Assembly (NCBI GenBank): GCA_021158465.1 | Contig: JAGGUN010000035.1 | Location: forward strand, 5,669-69,668 | Direction of reading: 5' to 3' | Length of the DNA stretch: 64,000 bases | DNA from: a bacterium | GTDB lineage: Bacteria > UBP14 > UBA6098 > 4484-93 | Shown: positions 46,768-55,950 of the stretch, one piece after another | Layout: each line of letters starts with the position of its first letter | Position numbering within the stretch: position 1 is the first letter of the stretch | The notes under the pieces: generated by a model | Seen by the model: the letters and a program-made list of their open reading frames with translations, nothing else | Told to the model about the DNA's origin: nothing | Databases searched by the model: none | Program-made: the position numbers and the translations under genes

Positions 46768-47397
46768 TCAGTTCTCCCTACTTTTCACCTTAATCTTTCT
46801 AACGAACTCATCGATTGTTCCGCGGTACTCCTCGAAATTATCTATCGGAGCAAAGGCGTAGATAAAGTATTCTGTTCCGCCGTTAAGTATGGAGTAGGAG
46901 ATGATGTGGACGGGGACTCCTTGCGCAGGTATACCGTTTGCTTCCCACTCGACGGCAGGGAATTCCCCGATATGGATAACCTTGATAGGGGATGTAACGG
47001 AATCCTGCTGGTATATGTTGAGGACCTGCGTTCGCCTTATCTTTCCAAGGGAATCGATCGGTAGGTTTATCTCCTCGTTGGATAGCTCAAACACGGTGAA
47101 GCCGATAGCCGCGGGTTCTCTACCTTTGATCTCTGGTGGTCGTCGTGTTAGGAGAAACAGGAAACCTGCCTTCTCTGATGCTTCGTGGTAGGATAGTTTT
47201 TCAACCTTCTTTGGGTCGACGCCTGGGACGGTATTTATGATGTATTCCTTTGCATCCTGCGGGTACCAGCCGTTGGGCACGAAGAGTTGCAACCCATACT
47301 CTGGAAATGAATAGTATGCCTCATCTGTTGTATTCCCTTTTGAGCAGGAGAGTGCTACAAACAGAAGGAACAGAACGCTTATCCGTTTTGCTCTCAA
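46768..47397 (-). CDS. hypothetical lipoprotein embedded in the gcv operon
   Basis: 209 aa. Lipobox LSCS. 4-nt overlap with gcvPA upstream and a 1-nt gap to gcvPB downstream. Confidence 0.6.
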   Translation of the reverse strand: MRAKRISVLFLLFVALSCSKGNTTDEAYYSFPEYGLQLFVPNGWYPQDAKEYIINTVPGVDPKKVEKLSYHEASEKAGFLFLLTRRPPEIKGREPAAIGFTVFELSNEEINLPIDSLGKIRRTQVLNIYQQDSVTSPIKVIHIGEFPAVEWEANGIPAQGVPVHIISYSILNGGTEYFIYAFAPIDNFEEYRGTIDEFVRKIKVKSREN

Positions 47398-48734
47398 GGG
47401 ATTACCTCTTTTATGCTCTCGGTGAAGTCGTCCATCTCGTCTTTTGTGCGTCTCTCAGTGACGGCAACGAGGAGCGAGTTTTCCTCGCCAGGGTAGAATT
47501 TGCCGAGGTCGAGCCCGGCGATGAACCCTTTCTCCTTCAGTTTTTCGATGACAAGCGATGCCGAGACAGGCAGAGAGACAGCGAATTCGTTGAAGAACGG
47601 AGCGGAGAACCTGAGTGATACTCCGTTGAGAGAGGTTAGCCGTTCCACCAGGTAGTGCGCTTTTTGGATATTCAGTTCAGCGAGCCTTTTCATACCGAGC
47701 TTGCCCATAAGCGTCATAAAGACTGTTGCTGCAAGTGCCACAAGCCCCTCGTTTGTGCAGATGTTTGATGTAGCACGGGCGCGTCTTATATGTTGTTCCC
47801 TTGTCTGGAGAGCCATAACGAATCCACGTTTTCCCTCGGCGTCGACGGTCTCCGCGACCATTCGACCAGGCATAGACCGGATGAACTCCTTGCGCGCAGC
47901 GAATATCCCGAGATATGGTCCGCCAAATCCCAGTGGGATTCCCAGGGGTTGCCCTTCTCCGACAGCGATATCGGCACCAAGTTCACCAGGAGGTTTTAAC
48001 AAGCCGAGTGATATCGGGTTGAAAACGGAAACGAGCAGTGCACCAGACGAGTGGATGTGTGGTTCGAGCGATGCAATATTCTCGATAACGCCGAAGAAGT
48101 TTGGTGAGGCAACCACGACGCAGGCTGTGTCGTCATCAACGAGTGATGCGATGTTATGCATTCTGCCTGTGGGGTCGAAATCTGCCACAACAAAGTCAGC
48201 AGTGTGAGCCATATATGTTCTGACAGTCCTATCCCACAGCGGATGGAGTGAACGAGGGAGAATAACTTTTCTTCGTCGGGTTTTCTTCACGGCAAGATGG
48301 ACAGCTTCTGCGAGTGCTGATGCGCCATCGTACATCGAGGCGTTGCAAACATCGAGTCCAACGAGGTGGGAGATAAGAGACTGGTACTCGAATATTGCTG
48401 TAAGTGTTCCTTGGCTTACCTCTGGCTGATATGGTGTGTATGCAGTGTAGAACTCTGGTCGTGAGACGATAGCGTCCACAGCGGCGGGGATGAAATGATC
48501 GTATGCGCCAGCACCGAGGAAGCTTGTGAACTCCTCGACGGTTATATTGAGTGAGGCAATATCCTGGAGGCGTCGTACGAGTTCATCCTCGGAGATACCC
48601 TTGCCGATTGAGAGAGAATGTCTCGTCAGGCTGTTCTTGCCGACTGCTGCCTCTACCAACTCATCGATTGAGTCGAAACCGAGGGCAGAGAGCATTCTTT
48701 CGATATCCTTCTCCGTATGGGGAGTATATTTCAT
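47394..48734 (-). CDS. gcvPA: glycine dehydrogenase (decarboxylating) subunit 1
   Basis: 446 aa. Typical N-terminus MKYTPHTEKD. Confidence 0.95.
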   Translation of the reverse strand: MKYTPHTEKDIERMLSALGFDSIDELVEAAVGKNSLTRHSLSIGKGISEDELVRRLQDIASLNITVEEFTSFLGAGAYDHFIPAAVDAIVSRPEFYTAYTPYQPEVSQGTLTAIFEYQSLISHLVGLDVCNASMYDGASALAEAVHLAVKKTRRRKVILPRSLHPLWDRTVRTYMAHTADFVVADFDPTGRMHNIASLVDDDTACVVVASPNFFGVIENIASLEPHIHSSGALLVSVFNPISLGLLKPPGELGADIAVGEGQPLGIPLGFGGPYLGIFAARKEFIRSMPGRMVAETVDAEGKRGFVMALQTREQHIRRARATSNICTNEGLVALAATVFMTLMGKLGMKRLAELNIQKAHYLVERLTSLNGVSLRFSAPFFNEFAVSLPVSASLVIEKLKEKGFIAGLDLGKFYPGEENSLLVAVTERRTKDEMDDFTESIKEVIP

Positions 48735-48736
48735 CT

Positions 48737-49117
48737 TTACTCCTCGCCAATTAGTTGCCTATATTCTTTGGCGGAGAGCAGATTTTTTTTCTCCTCTGTG
48801 TTGGACATCTTTATCTTGGCGATCCATCCGTCTCCGTACGGGTCGCGGTTTATCGTTTCTGGTGATGATTCGAGGTCTCCGTTTACCTCGATGACCTCGC
48901 CTGATACGGGGGCAAAGACATCCGACACCGCCTTGACAGCCTCTATCGTGCAGAACGGCTTTCCCTGTTCAACTTTTGTCCCGACCTCGCAAATCTCGAT
49001 AAAGACAATATCGCCCATCTCACCTTGAGCGTAGTCGGTGATGCCGACGACGGCAATATCGCCCTCACATCTTGCCCACTCATGGTCCTTCGTGTAGAGA
49101 AGCCCTTCCTTTACCAT
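48737..49117 (-). CDS. gcvH: glycine cleavage system H protein
   Basis: 126 aa. Lipoyl-lysine motif EAVKAVSD. Confidence 0.95.
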   Translation of the reverse strand: MVKEGLLYTKDHEWARCEGDIAVVGITDYAQGEMGDIVFIEICEVGTKVEQGKPFCTIEAVKAVSDVFAPVSGEVIEVNGDLESSPETINRDPYGDGWIAKIKMSNTEEKKNLLSAKEYRQLIGEE

Positions 49118-49211
49118 ACCTTACCTCCTTGCGCGGTAAAAAGGTTTATTCTGGCGAAAATTGGAACAAAAATATAATGAAGGGGAATAAAAAAGCAATA
49201 CATAAATCTGG

Positions 49212-51569
49212 TTACATTCGTGGGGTGGCGTTGAACTTCTTGCATAGGCTCTCAACCAGTCTAATGTGAACCTCGTTTGCCTGCTCTTTTGTTAGGGTTC
49301 CGTTGAACGAGCGGTAGGTTATCCTAAAAGCAAGGTTCTTCTTGCCTGATGGGATACCCTTTCCGGTGTAATGGTCGAAGAGATATGCGTTCTCGACGAG
49401 GGGTTCCGATTCCCCTATCGCGTGTAATATCTCCTCAGCGGAGGTGTCCTTGTCAACAATCAGAGCAACATCCCTGCGGATGGCGGGGAAGCGCGAGAAC
49501 TCCTTGAATACCTTCTTTTTCCTCAGGGATTCTACGAACGGTGAGAGAGATAGTTCAAACGCGAACACAGGGCTTTCGATGTCGAATATGGAGCGGATCT
49601 TGCGTGAGATGAGTCCAAATGAGCCGACCGCCTTCCCCGAGATGATGAAGTCTGCGCATATCGAGAAGACATTGTCATCTCGAGGGAGGGAGTGAAACCG
49701 CTCCATATTGCAGAAGAGGGCGAGTGATTCAACCGCTCCTTTCACATCGAAGAAGTCGAACTCGCGGTGGGTGGTTTCCCAGAAGTCGGGGATGGACTCT
49801 CCGACAAGTGCACCAGCTATCCTCTTTTCCTCTATGTAGCTTCCCTGCTCTTTGCGGAAGGTTTTCCCTATCTCGAACAGCTTGAGGTTAGTGTTCTGGC
49901 GATGGAGATTGTATGAGACGACCTTTAATATCTCTGGCAAGAGAGAGGGGCGCATAACAGTGAAATCCTCGCTGATAGGGTTGATTATTTCGATGAGCGA
50001 ACCGTCTTTCAGAAACGGGAGATAGTTGCTCTCTTTGCCTATCGAGTTTGTTATGATCTGTGAGAATCCCATACCGGTGAGCTGTTCTGCTACTATCTTT
50101 GTAAGCTCGAAGTCCTCTATTCCGCAGAGGATTGCACTGCCTGAGATGGTAGGGTCGTTCGGGATCTTCTCCAGACCGTATAGTCTGCCTATCTCCTCGA
50201 CGATGTCGGCACTTCCATCCACATCTGGGCGAAAGCTGGGAACCTCAACCCTGAAGGTTCTCCCTCTCCTTTTCATTCGAAACCCTATACCTTCGAGGAG
50301 CGGGACAAATTTCTCCTCCGGGACAGATATTCCTAAGAGCTTTGGGATCTCCTCTGGGTCGAAATCGACGATGTTTTGGGGGATCTTCTTTGGGTATATG
50401 TCGAATATCTGAGAGAAGCTTCCACCAGATATGTCTTTTATCAGTTCTGTTGCTCTTTTGATAGCTCGGATGGTTGCCTCTGGGTCGGCTCCGCGCTCGA
50501 ACCGTGCGGATGCTTCTGTAAAAAGCCCCAGGGACTTGCTTCCCTTTCTAACGACCCTCGGATTGAAGTAAGCTGACTCGAGCAGAACCGATTTTGTATC
50601 TTCTGTTACCTCTGTCTCCTTTCCGCCCATTATTCCAGCGATGGCAACGGGGTGATCAGTAGCTATGAGCATAATATCGGGAGACAGGGGACGTTCTTCG
50701 CCGTCTATCGTGACAATCCTTTCATTCTCTTTTGCCCTGCGAACGGTGATGCTGTCTGAGTTGAGCCTGTCAAGGTCGAATGCGTGCATCGGGTGTCCCA
50801 TCTCGAGCATCACGAGATTCGTTATATCAACGATGTTATTTATTGGGCGGATACCGAGTCTGCTTAAAAGCGATAGAAGCCATGGTGGGGATTGGTCAAC
50901 CTTTATATCCCGGATGATGGCGCAGGAATACCTTGGACAGTCGTCGAGGTTCTCTATCTTAATCCTGAAACTGTCTTGGTAGTCAGGCTTATACTCCTGG
51001 AGCTTATAGATATATTGTCTGCCGAGTAGAACCTGCAGCTCCCTTGCGATTCCGATATGTGACAAGCAGTCAGGTCTATTCGGCGTTATCTCCAGCTCGA
51101 AGACAGTGTCTTCATTCCTGGCGACCAGTTCCAGCGGCTTACCGACGAGATGCTCGGAGCGTAGGAAAAGTGGTTTACCCTTCTCCTCACAGAACCCCAG
51201 AGCCTCTGTGGAGAGGATTATCCCCTCGGATATGGCACCTGCAAATTCTGTCTTTCTCACTCTCTTGCCATAGGGGAGTGAGGCTCCGTCCTTTGCAAGC
51301 GGGATAATATCTCCTTTCCGGAAGCCAGGATAGCTGGAGATAACAGAATAGTTTTTCTTGCCGTCGGAGAGCGTTAGATGGTAGTATCCATCCTGTGGGC
51401 TGTTTGGGGTAATATCCTCTATTTTTGCGATAATAATCTTACTATCGAGCGGTGGATAACGGATAATTTTCTCCACCTCGCTTCCAGACATAGTAAGGAG
51501 CCCCGCCAGCTTTTCAGCTGATTCTTGTATCTCGATGAAGTGGCTTATGTATGATAGGCTTACCCTCAT
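49212..51569 (-). CDS. pheT: phenylalanine--tRNA ligase β subunit
   Basis: 785 aa. tRNA-binding, B3/B4, B5 and FDX-ACB domain order. Confidence 0.95.
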   Translation of the reverse strand: MRVSLSYISHFIEIQESAEKLAGLLTMSGSEVEKIIRYPPLDSKIIIAKIEDITPNSPQDGYYHLTLSDGKKNYSVISSYPGFRKGDIIPLAKDGASLPYGKRVRKTEFAGAISEGIILSTEALGFCEEKGKPLFLRSEHLVGKPLELVARNEDTVFELEITPNRPDCLSHIGIARELQVLLGRQYIYKLQEYKPDYQDSFRIKIENLDDCPRYSCAIIRDIKVDQSPPWLLSLLSRLGIRPINNIVDITNLVMLEMGHPMHAFDLDRLNSDSITVRRAKENERIVTIDGEERPLSPDIMLIATDHPVAIAGIMGGKETEVTEDTKSVLLESAYFNPRVVRKGSKSLGLFTEASARFERGADPEATIRAIKRATELIKDISGGSFSQIFDIYPKKIPQNIVDFDPEEIPKLLGISVPEEKFVPLLEGIGFRMKRRGRTFRVEVPSFRPDVDGSADIVEEIGRLYGLEKIPNDPTISGSAILCGIEDFELTKIVAEQLTGMGFSQIITNSIGKESNYLPFLKDGSLIEIINPISEDFTVMRPSLLPEILKVVSYNLHRQNTNLKLFEIGKTFRKEQGSYIEEKRIAGALVGESIPDFWETTHREFDFFDVKGAVESLALFCNMERFHSLPRDDNVFSICADFIISGKAVGSFGLISRKIRSIFDIESPVFAFELSLSPFVESLRKKKVFKEFSRFPAIRRDVALIVDKDTSAEEILHAIGESEPLVENAYLFDHYTGKGIPSGKKNLAFRITYRSFNGTLTKEQANEVHIRLVESLCKKFNATPRM

Positions 51570-52582
51570 CTTCCGCGGAACTGGGATAGAAATCTTATAT
51601 CGTTGTTATAGAAAAGGCGTATATCGTTTATCTGGTATTTTATCATGGCGAGTCTTTCGACTCCCATACCGAAGGCGTATCCGTGAAATCTTTTGGGGTC
51701 GATGCCGGAGTTCTGTAGCACCTTTGGGTGGACCATACCTGCGCCCGATATCTCGAGCCAGCCTGTGTTCTTGCACACTCTACATCCTTTTCCCCCACAG
51801 ATGGTACAGGTTATATCGTACTCAACTGACGGTTCGGTGAACGGGAAGAAATGAGGACGAAATCGTATCTGTGTCTGCTTTCCTAAGAGGCGTCTGGCGA
51901 AGACGGATAACACCCCTTTTAACATCGCCATTGTGACATTACGGTCGATGTAGAGCCCCTCCACCTGGTGGAAGCAGATATAATGTGTTGGGTCGATGGC
52001 GTCCCGGCGGTAGCATCTGCCTGGTGATATCATCCTTATCGGGAGTGGATGCGTCTCCATCGTCCGAATCTGTACGGGTGAGGTTTGTGTTCTTAGGAGG
52101 TATCCTGGCGTAGCGAGGTAGAATGTATCCTGAATGTCTTTGGATGGGTGGTAATCTGGGGTGTTGAGTGCGTCGAAATTGTAATACTCTGTCTCGATGT
52201 CTGGTCCTTCTATCACCTCAAACCCCATAGAATAGAATATGTGGGTTATCTCCTCAATAATAGTGACGATCGGGTTTCTGGAGCCGAGGAACCCTTTTCT
52301 TCCTGGGAGAGAGGTGTCGAGCTTGGCAGCCTCCTGCGAGTTGAGTATAGCTTCTCTTTTTTCCTGAATAAGCCTCTCACAGAAGGATTTGAGGGAGTTG
52401 ACTGCCGTTCCGAACGATCTTCTCTCGGATGCCGGGAGTGTAGGAATCTTCTTCAGGAGACCAGTTACAATACCCTTTTTGCCGAGATATTCTACCTTAA
52501 GGTTGTCGAGCTCGGCGAGTGTGGACACCTGTTTTATACGCTTCTCAAACCTTCCCTGGACATTCTTTATATCTTCGGGCAT
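51566..52582 (-). CDS. pheS: phenylalanine--tRNA ligase α subunit
   Basis: 338 aa. Class II aaRS motifs. ATGA overlap with pheT. Confidence 0.95.
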   Translation of the reverse strand: MPEDIKNVQGRFEKRIKQVSTLAELDNLKVEYLGKKGIVTGLLKKIPTLPASERRSFGTAVNSLKSFCERLIQEKREAILNSQEAAKLDTSLPGRKGFLGSRNPIVTIIEEITHIFYSMGFEVIEGPDIETEYYNFDALNTPDYHPSKDIQDTFYLATPGYLLRTQTSPVQIRTMETHPLPIRMISPGRCYRRDAIDPTHYICFHQVEGLYIDRNVTMAMLKGVLSVFARRLLGKQTQIRFRPHFFPFTEPSVEYDITCTICGGKGCRVCKNTGWLEISGAGMVHPKVLQNSGIDPKRFHGYAFGMGVERLAMIKYQINDIRLFYNNDIRFLSQFRGR

Positions 52583-52941
52583 TACTGTGTTATGTGTGTC
52601 TTCGCCCTTTCAACGATTGCCTGAAAGCTCCTCGGTGACCTTACTGCAAGCTCGGCAAGGTTTTTCCTATCGATGTGGATGTTTGCCAGCTTGAGTGCGT
52701 GAATGAACTGAGAGTATTTGAGCCCGTTTTCCCTGACGGCTGCGTTGATTCGTGCTATCCACAGTCTGCGGAAGTCGCGTTTCTTTCTCTTGCGTCCGAT
52801 ATATGAGAATTGGAGGGCTCTCTCCGATACCTCGCGAGCTGTTCTGTAGAGTCTGTGCCTGCCGCCGTAGAACCCTTTGGCAGCTTTCAGCCATTTTTTC
52901 CTCTTTTTGCGTGCGTTGGGTTGTCCTGTTGCTTTTGCCAT
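52582..52941 (-). CDS. rplT: 50S ribosomal protein L20
   Basis: 119 aa. Begins MAKATGQPNARKKRKK. Confidence 0.95.
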   Translation of the reverse strand: MAKATGQPNARKKRKKWLKAAKGFYGGRHRLYRTAREVSERALQFSYIGRKRKKRDFRRLWIARINAAVRENGLKYSQFIHALKLANIHIDRKNLAELAVRSPRSFQAIVERAKTHITQ

Positions 52942-52968
52942 GCTTCTTCTCCTGATAATCGCGGGGTC

Positions 52969-53166
52969 TCACAGATAGGGAACTATCCGCTTCATTCTGG
53001 TCGTATCTGCTCTGGAGAGGACGGATTTTCTTTTCAGTCTTCTCGATCGACTTCCCGATTTTTTGCTGTTCTTGTGGGATTTACCGGCGCGGAACCGCAT
53101 AATCTTTCCCGAGCCGGACAGCTTGAACCGCTTTGCCGCGCTCTTGTTTGTCTTGAGCTTTAACAT
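52969..53166 (-). CDS. rpmI: 50S ribosomal protein L35
   Basis: 65 aa. Begins MLKLKTNKSAAKRFKLSGSGK. Confidence 0.95.
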   Translation of the reverse strand: MLKLKTNKSAAKRFKLSGSGKIMRFRAGKSHKNSKKSGSRSRRLKRKSVLSRADTTRMKRIVPYL

Positions 53167-53233
53167 ATCTTTTCCATCCGTTTTCTCTTATGAACAAGCC
53201 TTTAATATTATATAAAATCTGGCTTATGTCAAA

Positions 53234-53758
53234 CTATTTTTTGCTCCTGGGGATAAGGGTAAATTGGAAGCTTTCTCCCTCGAGTTTGATGAAGGTTGGA
53301 TTATCCTCTGACCCACCGAATTTTGAGCGTTTTTCGACGGTAGCAAGCTCCTTTGTTTCATCCAGTATCCTCTCGATAATTGCCTCACCGAGTTCCAGGT
53401 GTGTTTTTTGCCTTCCGCGGAAGAACATTGTTATCTTTACATGGTTTCCCTTTTCGAGGAACTTTTTCACCTGCTTTATCTTGTAGCCGAAGTCGTGTTC
53501 GGATATCTTTGGGGAGAAGCGCATTTCTTTCACATGGATGGTGTGTTGTTTTTTTCTTGCGAGCTTCGCCTTACGGGAGAGCTCGTACATATACTTACCG
53601 TAGTCCATTATCTTACACACTGGTGGTCTGGCTGTTGGGGCTACCTCGACGAGATCAAGGTTGGCGTTCCTTGCTATTCTCAGTGCTTCATCCGTGGGGA
53701 GTATTCCCAATTGTTTGCCATCTTCCCCTATGAGTCTGACCTCTTTGACTTGGATCAT
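53234..53758 (-). CDS. infC: translation initiation factor IF-3. Coordinates are for the ATG-defined ORF; the true start is probably ATA at 53791 or ATC at 53788.
   Basis: 174 aa from the ATG. The conserved core IQVKEVRLIGEDGKQLG is present. The upstream in-frame codons KQRKVRVNQ align to B. subtilis LVNDGIRAREVRLI and are preceded by the ribosome-binding site AAGGAGGGG. Confidence 0.9.
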   Translation of the reverse strand: MIQVKEVRLIGEDGKQLGILPTDEALRIARNANLDLVEVAPTARPPVCKIMDYGKYMYELSRKAKLARKKQHTIHVKEMRFSPKISEHDFGYKIKQVKKFLEKGNHVKITMFFRGRQKTHLELGEAIIERILDETKELATVEKRSKFGGSEDNPTFIKLEGESFQFTLIPRSKK

Positions 53759-53790
53759 CTGGTTAACTCGAACCTTTCTTTGTTTGATTA

Positions 53791-55692
53791 TTACCCCTCC
53801 TTGTTTGAGATTTTCTCTTTCAGAAGCAGGATGAACTCGTCCTGGGTCATAGTTCCGAGTTCGCCCTGTTTATGTTTTCTGACCGATACGGTGCCGTCCT
53901 TTTCTTCTCTCTCGCCAACTATAACGATGTATGGTCTTTTCTTCAGTTCCGCGTCTCGAATCTTACGCCCAAGCTTTTCGTCCCTTTTATCCAGATAGGG
54001 TCTTATGTTGTTTTCTTCGAGTTTCTTTGCGACCGATGATGCGTAGTCGAGGAACTGCTGGGACACTGGCAATATTGCTACTTGGATGGGAGCGAGCCAG
54101 AGAGGGAACTCGCCGGCGTACTGTTCGATGAGTATTCCGAAGAACCGTTCGAGTGAGCCTAAGATTGCCCTATGGATTACTATTGGACGACGGAGTGTGC
54201 CGTCTTTGGTGCTGTATTCCAGACCAAACTTTTCTGGTAGGTTGAAGTCAACTTGGACGGTTGTGCATTGCCATACCCTGCCGATGGTATCCCGTACCTT
54301 TATGTCTATCTTTGGACCGTAGAATACGCCTTCGCCCGGGTCAACCTTGAACGGGATGTTCCGTTCTTTCAGTGCCTCGGTTAGGGATGATGTTGCCTTC
54401 TTCCACATCTGTTCTGTCCCTGCAAACTTCTCTGGACGTGTAGATAGGAATATGTCAAACTGCTTGAAGCCGAATGCAGCGAATATCTCGAATGTCAGGT
54501 CAAGCACCCCTATTATCTCATCTTTCAGGTTATCCTCTGTGCAGAATATATGAGCATCATCTTGAGTAAAGCCTCTGACACGTAGGAGTCCGTGCAGGAC
54601 CCCTGAGCGTTCGTAGCGGTATACTGTTCCGAGTTCGGCGAGTCTCATTGGCAGGTCGCGATATGACCGCTTCTCTGAGCGAAAGTATGCCATATGGAAA
54701 GGGCAGTTCATCGGCTTGAGCTGATACTTCTGTCCCTCGACATCTATCGGCTGGAACATATTATCCGAGTAGAACTCTGTATGTCCGCTTGTTTCCCAGA
54801 GGCTTAGCCTTGCTATGTGTGGTGTATAAATATATTGATATCCCCGCTTCCGGTGAATGCTCTTCCAGTAGTCCTCTATTATCTCGCGGACAACCGCACC
54901 CTCGGGTTTCCATATAACGAGCCCGGGACCGATGGAGTCATCCATCATAAAGAGGTTGAGCTTGGCGCCGAGTATTCTATGGTCTCGCTTCTTTGCTTCT
55001 TCGAGTCTATGAAGATACTCTTTTAGCTCTTTTTTCTTCGGGAATGAGATGCCGTATATCCGCTGGAGCATCTTGTTTCTCTCGTCCCCTCGCCAGTAGG
55101 CGCCTGCGACGGATGTCAGCTTGAGGAATTTCACCCACCCTGTCGATGGTAGATGTGGTCCGCGGCAGAGGTCGACAAAATCCCCGTTACGGTATACGGA
55201 GACATTTTTCTCCTCTATATCAGAGAGAAGCTCGAGCTTATATTCTTCACCGAGTGACCGGAAGATATTCTCCGCTTCTTCTTTTGAGATCTCCTCGCGA
55301 ACAAACGGGATATCCTCCTTGATTATCTTTGCCATCTCTTCTTCAATCCGTGCAATCTCCTCCTCTGTGAAAGGAGATTCTATATCGAAGTCGTAGTAGA
55401 ACCCCTCCTCGATGGGGGGACCTATGGCGAGCTTAGCCTCTGGGAATAGCCTTTTCACCGCCTGAGCAAGGATATGTGATGTCGAGTGCCAGAAGACAGC
55501 CTTCCCCTCAGGGGAATCAAATGTTATAAACTCCAGGGTGGCGTCGGAGAATATAGCTTTCGTGAGGTCAGAGAGCTCTCCGTTTATCCGACATGCAACA
55601 GGGGTCAGTTTCCTTTCTTTTGCAATCTCGAGAGGGGTTATGCCTTCTGGATACTCGGAGACCGAACCATCAGAGAACGTGATATGAATAAT
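53791..55692 (-). CDS. thrS: threonine--tRNA ligase, full length with a probable ATT start
   Basis: The ORF track stops at GTG 55458. The upstream in-frame 78 codons (IIHITFSDGSVSEYPEGITPLEIAKE...FWHSTSHILAQAV) are the canonical ThrRS TGS domain. AAAGGAGGAAG lies 6 nt before ATT 55692. Catalytic and anticodon-binding domains are downstream. Confidence 0.8.
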   Translation of the reverse strand: MIHITFSDGSVSEYPEGITPLEIAKERKLTPVACRINGELSDLTKAIFSDATLEFITFDSPEGKAVFWHSTSHILAQAVKRLFPEAKLAIGPPIEEGFYYDFDIESPFTEEEIARIEEEMAKIIKEDIPFVREEISKEEAENIFRSLGEEYKLELLSDIEEKNVSVYRNGDFVDLCRGPHLPSTGWVKFLKLTSVAGAYWRGDERNKMLQRIYGISFPKKKELKEYLHRLEEAKKRDHRILGAKLNLFMMDDSIGPGLVIWKPEGAVVREIIEDYWKSIHRKRGYQYIYTPHIARLSLWETSGHTEFYSDNMFQPIDVEGQKYQLKPMNCPFHMAYFRSEKRSYRDLPMRLAELGTVYRYERSGVLHGLLRVRGFTQDDAHIFCTEDNLKDEIIGVLDLTFEIFAAFGFKQFDIFLSTRPEKFAGTEQMWKKATSSLTEALKERNIPFKVDPGEGVFYGPKIDIKVRDTIGRVWQCTTVQVDFNLPEKFGLEYSTKDGTLRRPIVIHRAILGSLERFFGILIEQYAGEFPLWLAPIQVAILPVSQQFLDYASSVAKKLEENNIRPYLDKRDEKLGRKIRDAELKKRPYIVIVGEREEKDGTVSVRKHKQGELGTMTQDEFILLLKEKISNKEG

Positions 55693-55733
55693 GCACTTCC
55701 TCCTTTGGATAAGGGGCAGAGATAAAATATAAT

Positions 55734-55810
55734 GGTGGGCGATACTGGACTCGAACCAGTGACCTCTTGCATGTCAAGCAAGCACTCTAACCACCTGAGC
55801 TAATCGCCCA
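55734..55810 (-). tRNA. tRNA-Val (anticodon GAC), CCA encoded
   Basis: Reverse complement reads GGGCGATTAGCTCAGGTGGTTAGAGTGCTTGCTTGACATGCAAGAGGTCACTGGTTCGAGTCCAGTATCGCCCACCA. 7-bp acceptor stem, anticodon loop TTGACAT and TTCGAGT T-loop. Confidence 0.85.
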
Positions 55811-55950
55811 CTTCAAAATCTGTAAAGAATATATTGAAGACAGCTGTTTTGTCAACAAAAAATTTTCCAACAGTGGGTAGGGATACTTGTTTCGTAGGTT
55901 TGGTTCTTGTGTCAGACTGGCAGTCACTATTCTTTTTGCCTATCCCGCTG

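Noticed and set aside
49118-49211. possible glycine riboswitch upstream of gcvH
   Set aside because: The 94-nt spacer is too short for a tandem glycine aptamer. No GGAGAG...CACCG-type conserved cores were found on the minus strand. gcvT, the usual riboswitch-controlled first gene, is absent here.
55693-55733. T-box leader upstream of thrS
   Set aside because: Only about 41 nt separate tRNA-Val and the thrS start, far too short for a T-box of about 250 nt.
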